A stretch of 64,000 nucleotides of DNA from Azolla caroliniana (GCA_043228905.1 JBHGNT010000006.1:4278001-4342000); one strand, 5' to 3'; numbered from the stretch's first letter, positions 39,601-53,104 are shown. Notes: a model not told the origin generated them from the sequence alone. A program made the numbers and translations.

Positions 39601-41042
39601 GTAGAGCTGCCTCACGTTCGGTTGCACCCTCAGTATCTTCTCCACCAGGACTGCAAATCTTTGGAAGCATCAGCTCTTCTTCTTTTCTTTTAAAAAACTA
39701 CTACTACTACTACTACTCATCGTCTACGAATTATTCTACAGTAGGAGAGGAAAGATTATAATGTACTAAGCTTGATATTGTGCAAGGAATTTCGAAATTT
39801 TGAGATTGTAGAGCATTGTTAAGTGATTGATTAGTTCCCAACTACTAACTTGACTTGTAAATGGATATGTGTGATTGAGATTGCAAACAGATCAAATAGT
39901 TATTTCTCTCACCAATATCTTCGAGGACTGATCCTACAAGCCGACGTTTAACGTTTAGTATTTATTAGTAATTGTCAAATCAAAGGACAAGAAAGAATTC
40001 GGCAAGCTCAATGCCTAATTCTTTCTAGGACAAATCTTTATATTATGTTTTTAGGACAAATCTTTAGAGCCATCTGCTCTTCTTCTTTTCTTTTAAAAAA
40101 CTACTACTACTACTACTAATCGTCTACTAGTTATTCTACAGTGGGAGAGGAATGATTATAATTGTACTAAGCCTGATATTGTGCAAGGAAATTCCATTTT
40201 ATCAATGTTTTGAGTTCCCAACTAATAACTTAATGTGGAATATCATTAATGTGGTACGCAATACGAATCACATGTTATGCTTAATATATAGGTACTGAGC
40301 TTATGGTGTTTTATAATGATTAGGCTTCGCAGCCCAAAGAAATTGCGGTGAGTTCTGGACTTTAATTTTTGTGAAGGAAAGAGCGTTGTATAACAAATCT
40401 GAATAGTACTAGCACTGGAGGACATATAGCCTTATTATGCACATAATATATGTATATGTGCACTTTTAAATTAAATGGTCCCCCCTATCACATTGTAAAT
40501 CTGGATAGGGGAGCATTAGCAGCAATGTGATAGGGGAGCATTAGCATCACTTTAATCCTGACATGGGAAGAAGGATGGGAGAATGATTAAAGCATGGCCA
40601 ATAATGAGTTTGGGCATTGATAATGATGGGATTGGTGGAGCAGAGAATCATAACCTTTGGCAATGAAGCCAGTGGCACCAGTTATGAAGATGTTCTTGTC
40701 ATGGAGGAAAGGGATGATGGCAAGGCCCGATGGAGAGTCCTCTCGCTCATACTGCGGCTCCTGAGTCTGCAAGGAGCTGCTGCATATGAATGTTGTTGTT
40801 GATGATGATGATGATGCGGTATAGTTGTTGCTTGTGTTAGGATTGGGAAGTACTAAACTCGGCCTAATTCCACCAATATTGGCAGCACCCAGTTTTCTTG
40901 CCAGTAATGGATCATGATGAAGATGATGACCATAGTTAATGCTGCAGGGCTTCATACATCTGGCTGCATGAATCAAAAAAGCATGGCTGCGTTGGGGATT
41001 AATACGCATTTGATATGGGGAGCTAATTAACTGTGAGCCCAT
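36671..41042 (-). CDS. FAR: Fatty acyl-CoA/ACP reductase, MS2/FAR2-like (copy B), 9 exons, 604 aa, C-terminal SKL
   Basis: Exons 41042-40655, 39650-39347, 39233-39133, 39038-38801, 38710-38549, 38453-38372, 38186-37923, 37296-37187 and 36836-36671. All are GT-AG and in phase, totalling 1815 nt. Motifs: TGATGFIAK (NAD(P)H binding), [18 protein letters not shown], catalytic [33 protein letters not shown], and a C-terminal male-sterility domain ending [11 protein letters not shown]. Confidence 0.93.
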
Positions 41043-41816
41043 GGCGTCCACGAAGAAATGAAGAATTATAATGGATGACTAGGCCAAATGGTCCAGAAGA
41101 AGAAAGAGAATTATTGATAACTTTCGTTTCCCTGTGCTTGTTTGGGAAAGGGGGGTGGGGTTCTCACATCCATTTATAAAGATGGGCGAAATGGATTGAA
41201 CGGTAGCGATGGATGATTTTGGATCATTAAATATTTATTCCCCAATGGGTTTGGGACAGATATTCGAATCTCTAATTGAGTTTTACAGGTTACTGGCTAA
41301 TATTAGTCAAATGTTATATAATTGTGCACTGTATTTCTCATCTACACGATGGTTTGAACCCATGATAATAGCGACATATATTAAGGTATTTATTACACAT
41401 GCTCCGATTAATCCTCCAAGTGACCTCTCTCAAATTGAGGCTCAATCAGAGCTCGTTGGAGAAAATAAAATGTATTTCTCTTAAATCACATGGGCCTCAA
41501 CCCATTATTTAAGAAGATAAAAGGTACCGATTAAGTCAACCCATGAGAAAGATATTAGTATTAATCATACAATGTTGAGTTAGTGGCAGGGAGGTATTTC
41601 ACAACTACCTACCTGTCATTTAAGTCAACCTATACTTTTAAGCACATATAAAGGGTATTGATTAAGTCAACCCATTATTGCAATCAATTTGTCTGATGTG
41701 TTGTGAAGCAAGAAGGACCAGGAGGACGATTTTGGCGGGCACACGAAAAGCCCTCATTTTATTATGTTATATACTTAAGTCATAAATAGTGAGAATTACC
41801 TTTTTGGCCTTTCTCA

Positions 41817-42020
41817 CTTTTTTTTTTGGTAAAATATCAAGATTATATTAAGTGCATGTATAAAAAACCACTATTACAACTTGTCATTTGGAATTCCACG
41901 CAATTATTGGCACATTTGGGATACATTACAAGGATTATCAGTGTTGCAAGGGCGTGCGCCACATTTAAATGAAGATTCTCTATCTCTTCATTGGACATTT
42001 GTGGGGGGCGGGGGGAACAA
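41817..42020 (-). mobile_element. Probable LINE 3' end with poly(A) tail
   Basis: A T-tract begins exactly where homology with the FAR-C upstream region (24976) ends. Confidence 0.4.
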
Positions 42021-42920
42021 CCAAGCTTGTTAGGTACGTTAGATATGGTACGGATACCATACGTATATAACGTATTAATACGTGTATAGTACCTCCCAAT
42101 TTAAAAATACGTTAAATACGTTTTTAAATATGTTAAATACTTATAAAATACGTTAAATACGTTTTTAAATATGTTAAATACTTATAAAATACGTATTTGA
42201 TGCATTTCACGCATTTTACATATAGTACATTAAATACTTCTAGAATTTGAAATTTATTTACCTTTCTAAAAAATCTTTGTAATATTGTAAAAAGCATCTA
42301 TGTTTACACAATTTTGTGATGTACATTATAGTTCTACGTCCTAAAATACATATATGACATTTGAACATTTCACATCCTAAAATGCTTATAATACGGATGT
42401 CGACATTCACTTATTCTATAAATCAGTGTAAGTGTGTATCACGATATTCTATTTCAAATTGTAATTATTTACGATTATGGATTCATAGATTGTGTAATCA
42501 TCTACGATTATCACACTTAGGATAGGTTTTTGTCTTCTTTTCTCTCTTCTTCATCTTCTTCATCTATCTTTTGTGATTATCACAGTCAGAGTCAGGACAG
42601 GTTTATGTCGTCTTTTCTCTCTTCTTCTTCTTCTTCTTCTTCTTCTTCGTCGTCGTCGTCATCTCTTTTGTTCTTCCTTCTTTTTGCTTCCTTTTCACTA
42701 AAATCTTTTTTTTCTTTTGCTTTTTGTCAGGGTTTTACTTATATTTTTTTATAAATACGTATTATACCTATTTTTTCAAATGTACGTTAAATACCGTATT
42801 GGACAAATGTACATGATATTTGACTAAACAACATTGAGATATAGTACGTACTATACAAATTATGAGGTACTATACGTACTTAAACATTAAATACGGGTAC
42901 GTAAACAACTTAAGTATGGT
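42020..42920. mobile_element. AT-rich non-autonomous DNA-transposon-like remnant
   Basis: Clusters of TACGT/ATACG motifs at both ends, a ~41-bp tandem repeat at 42104-42190 and TCT/TCG microsatellites. The terminal inverted similarity is weak. Confidence 0.4.
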
Positions 42921-42959
42921 TTGAACGAATGACATTTATCATACAAATTTTGTTCTCAA

Positions 42960-43820
42960 TTTGGTTAATCTTACCCTTCATGATCAGGTAATCCTGCATT
43001 TGCTCCTTCCCAAAGTTGAAGTTCATGTTGTCGAACTTCTTGAGACTCATCTCTGATGACCCGTATGGTGAAGACATTCCTGATTTGGGCCGACTGATTG
43101 AGAATTTCTATTTGGTTGGCTATGATTGATAAGGGGGATGCAACCAACTGGTTCACCCGAATTTGATCTTGCCGAATTGAACACAAACTGAGTGGATTGA
43201 TTCAGATGTCACACTGAGTGTCTACAACCAAGGAAGAGGGTACAAATGACTGGCCTACTTGAGGACCTGTGCTCTAGTCAAATAGAGTGCAAATCTACAA
43301 AGTGCCTATTCTTATCATGGGATAGAATCTTGAGAGTTGCCAGTCGGAAGATTTTTGTTCGACAAAAATCTTGAGAATTTGTTCTATGTACTTTTAGAGA
43401 TCTTGAAGTCTTCAATGGTCAAAACATGAGTGTTGGTGATGAGACTGATGACGAATGGCAACGGAAAAGAACCCCAGGCTTTGATACCAAATGGTTGAAA
43501 TGGTCGTGAATGAAGGTAATATGAAACAACACTATAGTGTGAAGAAGAACATGTTGAAGCAAGATGAACAGAGTGAAACTGAGACACCTTAGCAAGATCA
43601 ACAAGAACAATAGAGAGAGACAGAGAGGCACACAAGATGTAAATAAATATTTTGGGAAAATAAATAAATTATTTCCATATTAGTCAATATGTTAATACAA
43701 GAATGCAAGTAAGTTGAAGTTAAAAACATCTAAACACTACAGGTTGAAGTTATTTTGGGTCCAAGACCCCCGTGGGCCCGCTGAACTAGCACACGCACAT
43801 GCACACGCATATACACAACA
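42960..43820 (-). mobile_element. LTR retrotransposon 5' remnant
   Basis: An iMet-type PBS TGGTATCAAAGC lies on the minus strand at ~43478-43489, next to an LTR-like segment. Confidence 0.55.
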
Positions 43821-44883
43821 ACTTCCAGCATGATTCAATTGAGTTCTATGGATGACATCAGTCCTTACACTACTACCCCATGAAAATAATCACGATAAAT
43901 GCGAAAAAAAGCTAGTTCACCAATGATTTATTGATATTCAAAGCATAATAAGGAGAACAATGTGTAAAAGGGAGGGTTGGATTGATGAAATTCTAAAGCT
44001 AAATAGAAGTGTAGATTGGACGATTACACAATTTTGTTTTAGACGCATAGTTGTCGCGCATTCATATTTCAAGTTTGAAGCGCAAATATAAAACCAAATT
44101 TCTAACTTTGGAGTCTCACTCTTGAGTATTAACGGTCAAGAGAATCAAGACTATGTTTATATGTATGTATATGTTGCGAAAATGACGTCGTGATGTAGTG
44201 TGTTCACGGGAGGAAAAGTGTCAAACTCCAATTGGTTTATGGAAGGTTAAAGGTTAGGTTAAAGGCATGTAGAATTAGAACAATTGTCAAATTCTAACTA
44301 CCTCATCATATATCAACAATTCTCTCAATGTATATAAGCATAAATTAGGAAATTGATTAAGTTGTTATATTATTTCGGCGACGGTACATCTGTCGTGGAA
44401 TTGTATCAACTGGGCCAAGCTTCGTGACTGAAAATTTTTGTCCCACATGGGCGGTGAGGACTAAATAGGAAGTTATACACTTAAAGAAGGTTCACATATA
44501 CAACATTTACAAGGTGATCTATTTATATTTGAGATCAACGAAAACAAGAGGGAGGCTTAATATGTATCCTTTACATAAGTTTTAGGCCTTCAACCAAAAC
44601 AAGAGGTGGTTCATTGTTTCCATTTCCGAAAATCATGCTTAACATGTTTTTACTATTCATAAGTCATGACAAGAGCATCAACTTCAAATTTTGCGAAACA
44701 ACATTTAATATAAAGAATTGGATTTTTTATTTATTTCTGTTATATAGACACATTGACATTATACAAAAATGACATGAGTGGCATGGAATGTGGGAAAACA
44801 TATTCTTGATAGGGATGAGTATCAACCTAATAGAAATAATGAGCGCCATGAAAATTTACTAGCATACTTTCTTCAAGTTTTGC

Positions 44884-47800
44884 TCACAATTTGGAACCAC
44901 GCCCCTTCAATACATGCTTCCTTAAGCCCGGAATGTGTATCCTTTTTATGTAGGTATCCCAATCAATGTCATTGAAATTGAAGCCAAATACTTGTTTTTC
45001 TTCGGTTGATAGATCCTCATGAAGTTGTTGCACATTTGAATTGTCAAATCTATAAAATCAGGAACATGTTGGTTGATATGGAGGTATTAGGATGAAGTAC
45101 ATCATTGTTCAGTTATATATTTTGTTGCATGAATTTCTATTGATATTTACCTCTAAGAAAATGTATACAAGATTTGGTGTTAATAGACAAACTTATGATT
45201 AAATCAAGCATTGTGCATACGTGAGAGAACGTAAAACACAAAATCCAAACACACATGCATAGTGGAGACAATAAAATCTATTAATGTATTTGTTTCATGT
45301 GCATGCTAGATAATATCTTATAAATAAAAGCTAAGAAGATGTCATTGTGTATAGAACCAATGTATATTCACGATATGTAACCAAGACGTGGTAAGAGGGA
45401 CTTACCTTCCTCCATAGAAGGTGTAAGGGTAATAAACATTCGCTATTTTGAGTGCGTGCTTGTTTGCTTTGAGAGCCATTTGTTGGTACAATTTGGAGGA
45501 CTTTGGATTGGAACCCTAGACATAGGAAAGGACAATATTGCTTAGCATTTGTGGAATTGAGTAGATAATGTCCATGATTGAATGAGCAAGAAAGTGATAT
45601 CATATTATTGTTGTGTTTTGATCATACAATCAATATAATTGATTGATTAGATTTATGGAATTGAGTAGATCATTGTCCATGATTGAATGACACAGACAAT
45701 GAGTGATATCATATCATTGTAGTGTTTTTATCATACAATCTATATGATTGTTTGTTTTGGCAAAATAAAAAGTAAGAGAATGAAAAATGGGCTACAAGAG
45801 AAGAAGAGAGTCATGAGACAAATGGCTATTCTTGATTTGGCGTTTCCCATTTGTGTCTCATGGGCGTCTTGATTCTGTATTAAATAAGCTTATAGCATTT
45901 TATTTATTCTAGGATTTCTAATCCAAAATTGGATATAATAAAATTCGTGAAGGAGAGACATTTGTGTTCAAGTATATAATTAGTTATTGTTATAAACAAA
46001 ATTGGATATAATAAATTTCGCTAAGGGGATTTATGGCGACATTTGTGTTAAGTATACAATTAGTTATTATAATTAGCAAAATTGGATATAATCAAATTCG
46101 TGAAGGGGATTATTCATGGCATCATTTGTGTTAACTGTATAATTAGTGACAGTAAGCTATCTTTCACACTGGTGTCTAAAATACAGCATAACATAAAACT
46201 TGTAACGTACCTCGGATTTGGAATAAAGTTGAGATAATGATTCTGCATAGCTCTCCATATCTGGGTACAGTTGAAACTTCGAGTTTCTGATAGGTTTTCC
46301 ACTGTTGTCTAAGAAAGGCTGCTCTTCAAAATGTTCTTCCATGAATCGCTTAAAGCTTGACGCAGGGAAAGGGTTGACTGTGGAGGATGCAACCTGATAA
46401 ACCTCTAGTCCTGGCTTGCAAGCATGTTTCGCCATGGCAGCAAGCATTGCATTGGCCACCATATCCACAGGTACCTACATACATCATGTTCCCGATCAGG
46501 GTCTCGTAAGTATGGATTACACTTCGCATACATGCCAGAATGAACAATATAATGCATGTATGCATTATTGCCATGTGAGCAAAATCACTATACCAAAACT
46601 GGCTGGCTGGTTTGATATTGCAATCCGATTCTGTAGATGTTGTTGAGATGTAAATCTATAACAAGGAGTATATATACTAACCACATCAAGCAGACAATTT
46701 GGATCCATGGGGAAGCCTCGGAGTTGACCCTTTCCGTATGATATAAAGATGGGATCCATCATCCTTGTGTTCAAGAAATCAAAACAAATCCATGCATTAC
46801 AGCTCAAGAGAATTGTTATGTTCATGATGTTTTTCCTGCAAAAATATGTACCTGTTGCCTTCGATCCAGCCTGGGAACGGGTCTTGGAATGAGCTCTCCA
46901 CTATACTTGGCCTCACAATCACTGTTGGTAGATCATCTCTCATACTGTCGATAACCATCTCTCCCATTGCCTTTGTAAGAACATATGTATCTTGCCAACC
47001 ATAGTCACTTGCCCTATTAACATCATACATATATGAGAGCCATAGTCATTTAATTGAACATTATTAAGTCGCAATTAGTTACTAATCTACGATTACGCCT
47101 ACCTTTCGAATCCTAACTCCTTCATCTTGATGGTAACATGCTCTTTGCTGTCCCACTCTTCTGTAGATCCAATCTCAGTAATAGCACTCAGATTTTGTTT
47201 GATAAGTTTGGACTCGAAATCCACAAACATCCGAGGATGCATAATCTCTGCCATTGTCTTGATGGTTGCATCAGCGATGTTGTATGCAGAATTGAAAGGT
47301 TTTTCATGTAGAAGACCTTTACGTTTACCATGGGCGAAAGCTGCATTCACAAAAAACAATGGGAATTTAAAAAAAAACTCTGCACATGCATACCAAGAAG
47401 TAAATTTGAAGGTTTTGATGGCGATTAGAATATGTTACCTGTAGACACATGCATGAAAAGTTGTAATAATTCTTCTAGGGCCTTCCGTGTTCATATTTAG
47501 CGCATAGTCATACCTATTCAAGATGATTGTTTTGTTTTTAGCAGAATCATTGAGTTCACTCATATTATGCCATGCAATAGGGATTATAGAGGTAAATCGA
47601 TGGATCTATCCTTAATCTCACCTTTCATCGAAGCTCGTGGTAGCAGCAGAATTGACAATTACATGAAGTTTGGTTGCGAGGGAGGCGAATGTGGAGGGAT
47701 CCATGGCCAGCATTTCCTTTGTCATGTCACCGACCACCACACTTATCTTTTGCTCCATGAATGCTTCGTATTCTTCGGCATGGCGAGATCGCAAGCCTTC

Positions 47801-49334
47801 GAATAAGTCACTGCACAAGATCTCCTCCTTTAGCCTGCGTTTTGCGCAGCTTGCATCTTCTGCTTTGATTAGTAAGTAGAGCTTCCTCACGTTCGGTTGC
47901 ACCCGCAGTATTTTCTCCACCAGGACTATCAATTGCACAATACAGTATGCATTTTTATATGATATTAATTAGGACAAATCTTTGGAGCATCTGCTCTTTC
48001 TTTCTTCTGTTTTTTGAAACTACTACTACCCATCGTCTACTAGTTAGTTAGTCCACAATGGAGTGGAAGAGTTTATGTACAAAAACTTGATATTGTGCAA
48101 GGAAATTCGATTGTATCAATGTTTTGAGTTTGTAGAGAATTGTTAAGTGATTGATTAGTTCCCAACTAATAACTTGACTGGTAAATTGGATACGTATGAT
48201 GGAGATTGTAAAACAGATAAATAGCTATTTCTCAGGTCCAATATCTTCGAGGACTATAGAGTGCTAACATCCTAGAAGGTGAGGATTGCACAAACCTTTT
48301 TAATAATTACGTTTTAACATTTATTATATTCATTAGTAATTGTCAAATCGAAGAACAAGAAAGACTTAGTGCATGCTTTAGTGATTTATCTCATAATGTG
48401 GAATATTGTTAATGGTACGCAATTCTAATCACATGTTATGCTTAATATATATAGGTACTGACTGAGCTTATGGTGTCTTCTAATGATTAGGCTTCGCAAA
48501 CCCAAAGAAATTGTGGTGAGTTCTAGACTTTAATTTGTGAATGAAAGAGCGTTTATAACAAATCTGAATAACATCGGAGCACATAATAGCGTTACTCTGA
48601 AAATGGTCCCCGATCACATCGTAAATGTGGAGAGGAGGAGCATATGCCACAATTAGAAGGCTCTAGTATGAAGCATCACATTAATCCTGACATGGGAACG
48701 AGGACTGGAGAATCATTTTAAAGCATGGCCTATAACGACTTTGAGCATTGGTAATATGTGGGAGGGGATTAAAATGATGATGGGATTAGTGGAGCAAGTC
48801 AATCAAATTACCTTTGGCAACGAAGCCAGTGGCACCAGTTATGAGGATGTTCTTGTCATGGAGGAAAGGGATGATGGCAAGGCCCGATGGAGAGTGATCC
48901 GGCTCATAATGCAGGTCTTGAGGCGCCAAGAGTTGCTGCGTGCCACTAGGTCTCTGCAAGAAGGAGGGATCAAGGAGCACCTGAGTCTGCAAGGAGCTGC
49001 CGCATGATATTGATGATGATGATGATGATGATGCAGAGTTAGGATTGGGAAGTACTAAACTCCGCCTAATTCCACCAATGTTGGCAGCAGAGTTAGGATT
49101 TCTTGCCATTAATGGATGCTCCTCATGATGATGATGATGATGACTATCACCATTTTTGTCGCCTGCATGAATAATCAGTAATGCACCACCACCATAGTTA
49201 ATGCTGCAGGGCTTAATATATCTGGGTGCACGAATACTAGCATGATTACTTTGGGGATTGAGACGCATTGGATATGGGGATCTAATTAACTTCAGTGTGT
49301 AGTTGTAAGACTGTGAGCCCATGATGGCGTCCAT
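44884..49334 (-). pseudogene. FAR: FAR copy A, 9 exons, frameshifted in exon 3
   Basis: Exons 49334-48812, 47925-47622, 47513-47439, 47340-47103, 47013-46852, 46763-46682, 46474-46211, 45515-45406 and 45049-44884. Exon 3 is 75 nt against 101 nt in copy B, which gives a premature TAA at 47327-47325. All other exons are open, and the gene ends KGRGSKL*. Confidence 0.85.
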
Positions 49335-49844
49335 GAAGAAATGAGGAATTATTGATGACTAGGGAAATGGAGAAGAAGAAAGACAAGAGACACAGAGAGA
49401 AATGATTTGTTCCCTACGCTTATGTTGGGAAGGTTTGTAGGGTTCACAACCATTTATATAGACTTGGGGGGGGGGGGGGGGGGAAGGGTTTGAGCAATGA
49501 ATTGAAAGGTAGCGATGGATGATTGGGATCATTAAATATAGACCCAATTCAATGGGTTGTTGGACACAAATTCGAAACTCTAATTGAGTTTTGGTCATAT
49601 ATATATATACCCAATGGGTTGCTTGGGCCATATATCTATCGGTCGACACTCGGAACCTTGATGTATGTTGAGATTCCTAAATCAGGATGGTAATAGGTAC
49701 GCAGGAAATTTATGACATCCCAAAACGTGATTCAATTGGTCGGCCCCATTAAAATGGTTGAGTAGGAATTTATGATGTCCAAAGTGTGTGATTGAACGCG
49801 AGGATTCAATTGAGTAGTTATATTGATGAGATCATGTGCTTAAT

Positions 49845-49990
49845 TAAAAATGTGATGATTCAATTGAGTAATTCTATCGATGACATCATTCCTTACACTA
49901 TTACTGCTACGAATTAATTTAAAATGTGATGATTCAATTGAGTAATTCTATCGATGACATCATTCCTTACACTATCACTGCTACGAATTA
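49845..49990. repeat. ~74-bp tandem duplication upstream of FAR-A
   Basis: AAAATGTGATGATTCAATTGAGTAATTCTATCGATGACATCATTCCTTACACTA occurs twice. Confidence 0.9.
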
Positions 49991-52900
49991 TATCTATAGA
50001 ATGGGGATTGATTGATTCTTGTGGGCCCCATTAACTGATAACGGCTTCGCCTCATCAAATTCGAAAGCACTTTATCGAAAAATCAAAAGCAACTTATATA
50101 AAATTGGAAAAGTAACTTATACAAAAAACCAACACGTTTTATATAAAAATCGAACGCAATTTATATAGAAACATCGAAAAACGATTTATATATGAAATTG
50201 AAATGCACTAGAGCTTGTTTGGGATAATTCATAACCCGAATCAATCAAACAAAACAACCACCGTCCACAAATAGTGACGATATCTGATGGGCAATCTACA
50301 GGAAGCAATAATAGCCAATACTGACAGGAATTAATAAAAAAAGTAACGAACACACAAAGAATTTTATCGTGGAAACACCAAATGGGGGTTAGGGTACCAA
50401 AACTTCCACTATAACTCGGTTTAGAAATGGGTACCCACAACTTATTGAGAAGGGGGTATGTGTTAGGTTTTCTGTCCACATTTTTTGATTGTAAATGGGC
50501 CCAGGATGCCCATAACTCTTTATTTTTAAATACGGTGCGAAACAGAGTCACACTTGATGTATTTACACATCTATCCTCGCTTCTTCTTCTTTTTCAAAAA
50601 GATTTCCTTCGTTAGTATTAAGAAAACTACCAGAGGCTCGGCTACAAAAATGTAAAATAAAAAAGTATTATATAAATGTAAAATAAAAAAGTATTATATA
50701 CAATAGAAATCGTCAGGGCAAGGACCAGGGGTGTTGATATCTCCATAATGGTCCTTTAGAGGATATTGTGAACAGAGGCAACTTTCTCCATAATTGCAGT
50801 AATTTTTTCTTTTTCTTCAGAACAACCTCCGAAGAGCCTGGCATATTAGCATATTGGCCCCCCACAACCGTTGAGAGAATAGGAATTATGGACTCATATC
50901 GTCTTTTACAACGATACTTCCATAATATCCATAATGTAACCGTGGATACTGTTTTCCATTCATGGGTTGCACGCATTTGTTTACGAGGTTGCTGAAAATG
51001 GGAGACAGTAATTAGATGTCTATTGATGATTGTCATAGCCTCCGGAGCATCATCTACTTCATACAACAGGAGACTAGAATGAATAAACCCCCATATCGTT
51101 CATCCCCAAGAGAAGAGGCAGCATGCATTAATTGTCAAGAATAAAGAGATAACTTTATTCCATACCTGTTGGGCTATTGAGCATGACCAGAGAGCATACT
51201 TGGTCGTTACCTGCATCTCACCGCAATAACAACATTGTCTAAGACTAGTTTCCACATCTCCTTTCAATGACTGACTTCCTGGTAGTGTTGCATGTAGTAA
51301 AAGCCATCTGACGAGAATATATTTGGTTAGTCCGGTTCTGTAATAAATTATTTGAGGGTGTATAAGGCTGCAATTTATTGTCTTGTTGAATATGGGAATA
51401 AAAAATACATCCGTTTGCAAAAAATCCTTTAACATAAAGCATCATGTCCTTCATAAGGCATCCAAACCACATATGCTCCTGCATTAATTGAAGTTGCGTC
51501 CAAGATTGTGAGAAAGTCGTTGAGATTTCTATTGTCATTGTTTTTGCCCCATATACCGACTGTAACTGCTTAAGCCGATCCACTTCTGGCATCTGCTAAA
51601 ATTGATTCCAGGATCTCACTGATGTTGTTGGCCCATTGTCAACCTTCTTAAGTTCCATGTCCTTAGCCCCATCATTTGTGCTCCATTCGACTCTGCGGTT
51701 GGTGTGTCCGTGACAATTTGAATGCCTTCCAACTGGAAGCATTAATTGTTTTCGTCATCGTCCTTGCTTCTGGAGTTACCATCGTCACCGTCATTGGTTC
51801 TAGAGCTACCATCATCAACATCCCTTTGTTTTCTATCTTCCTTGCCATCTCTATCTCTTAGTTTCTTCTCATCATCGTCTTTGTCTTTTAGATTCTTCTC
51901 ATCCTTCACATCTCTATCTCCTAGTTTCTTCTCATCATCATCTCTATCTCTGCACTCCTTATCATCTTCCACATCCCTATCGTTGCATTTTCTGTCATTG
52001 TCATCCTTCTCCTTGTGTTTCCTACCGTTTTCATTTCTATCTATGTGTTTCTTATTATCTTCGTCCCTTTCTCTACGTTTCCTATCACCTTAATCTTGTC
52101 TTCGTGTTTTCTATCATCCTTTATATATGTGTCTTTGTGTTCCTTCAGAACCTCAACATCTCGATCTCTATGTTTCTTATCCTCTTCATCTCTTTCTCCG
52201 CTTTCATCATTGCCATAGTCAAAGTCGTTGCTTCCAAAGTCGCTTAGTCAACATCATTGCAGTCATTGACACATCAAATCTAGTATTCTTGTTTAGCCCC
52301 ATCTTCTCTCCTTGATTTCCATCTTTGTCTTTATGCTCTTGTATTTGTTCCTAGCGTCTTAAGTTCCTCATTTCATCGCTCCCAACTTCCCGAGTTTCTA
52401 GCCTCATCACGTCGAGTTCCACGTTTGTAACCTTATCGGCCGTAGCCTTGTCATCTGTGCTTTGTCGTAGTCTAGCGTTGGTGTGTCCGTTGTCGAGGAA
52501 ATCCTTGCGGATGCGTAGAAGTCGGGTAGGACCACGGGGGTCCCGAACCAAGGAATTGAGAAAACGAGGAGGGAGGAGTTTGAGGATCGCGTAGGTCTCG
52601 AGACCATGGGAAAACAGGTAAGGTTAGCGAACAAGGGAGGGTAAGGGAGTCGTGCGTAGACACGGACACAGGCAAGACACTAAGAACAATGTCTGTTAGG
52701 TAGAGAAGGTTTCTATTAAAACAACACAGGTGCACAATGTTGTGGGTGATTACAACCGGATCAGAGCCGGTGATGGAGCGCAGAGCTTGGCAATAGCCAG
52801 ACACAAAGGTACGTTGGCACGCTAAAGGTTGATCCCCTGGACGGGAGCACTCGGGCGTCTGACGCGTGCAGGGGAAGCGCCTTCCAAAGACCTATCCTTA

Positions 52901-53104
52901 CTTTCCTCTCTGTATCTCCTCTTCTCTCAGAAATGGCATCCCGAAGACAGTCGAAGGTCATCCCCTTTATAGCACAAGGGGCAACCGTTACAAGCATTTA
53001 TGACCCGTCGCTTTTCCTTCCAAGATTCTCTTCCCTGATTCACTCCCCTCGTAACTCTCCCTACATATGCGATGTTCTATTTCTTCTTTAATGCTCTAAC
53101 TACC

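Noticed and set aside
50050-50640. Gene in ORF 50186-50551
   Set aside because: No recognisable domain or splice structure. It is probably a repeat remnant of undetermined class.
51746-52218. Ser/Leu/Phe-rich plus-strand ORFs as membrane proteins
   Set aside because: They are antisense shadows of a low-complexity purine-rich repeat.
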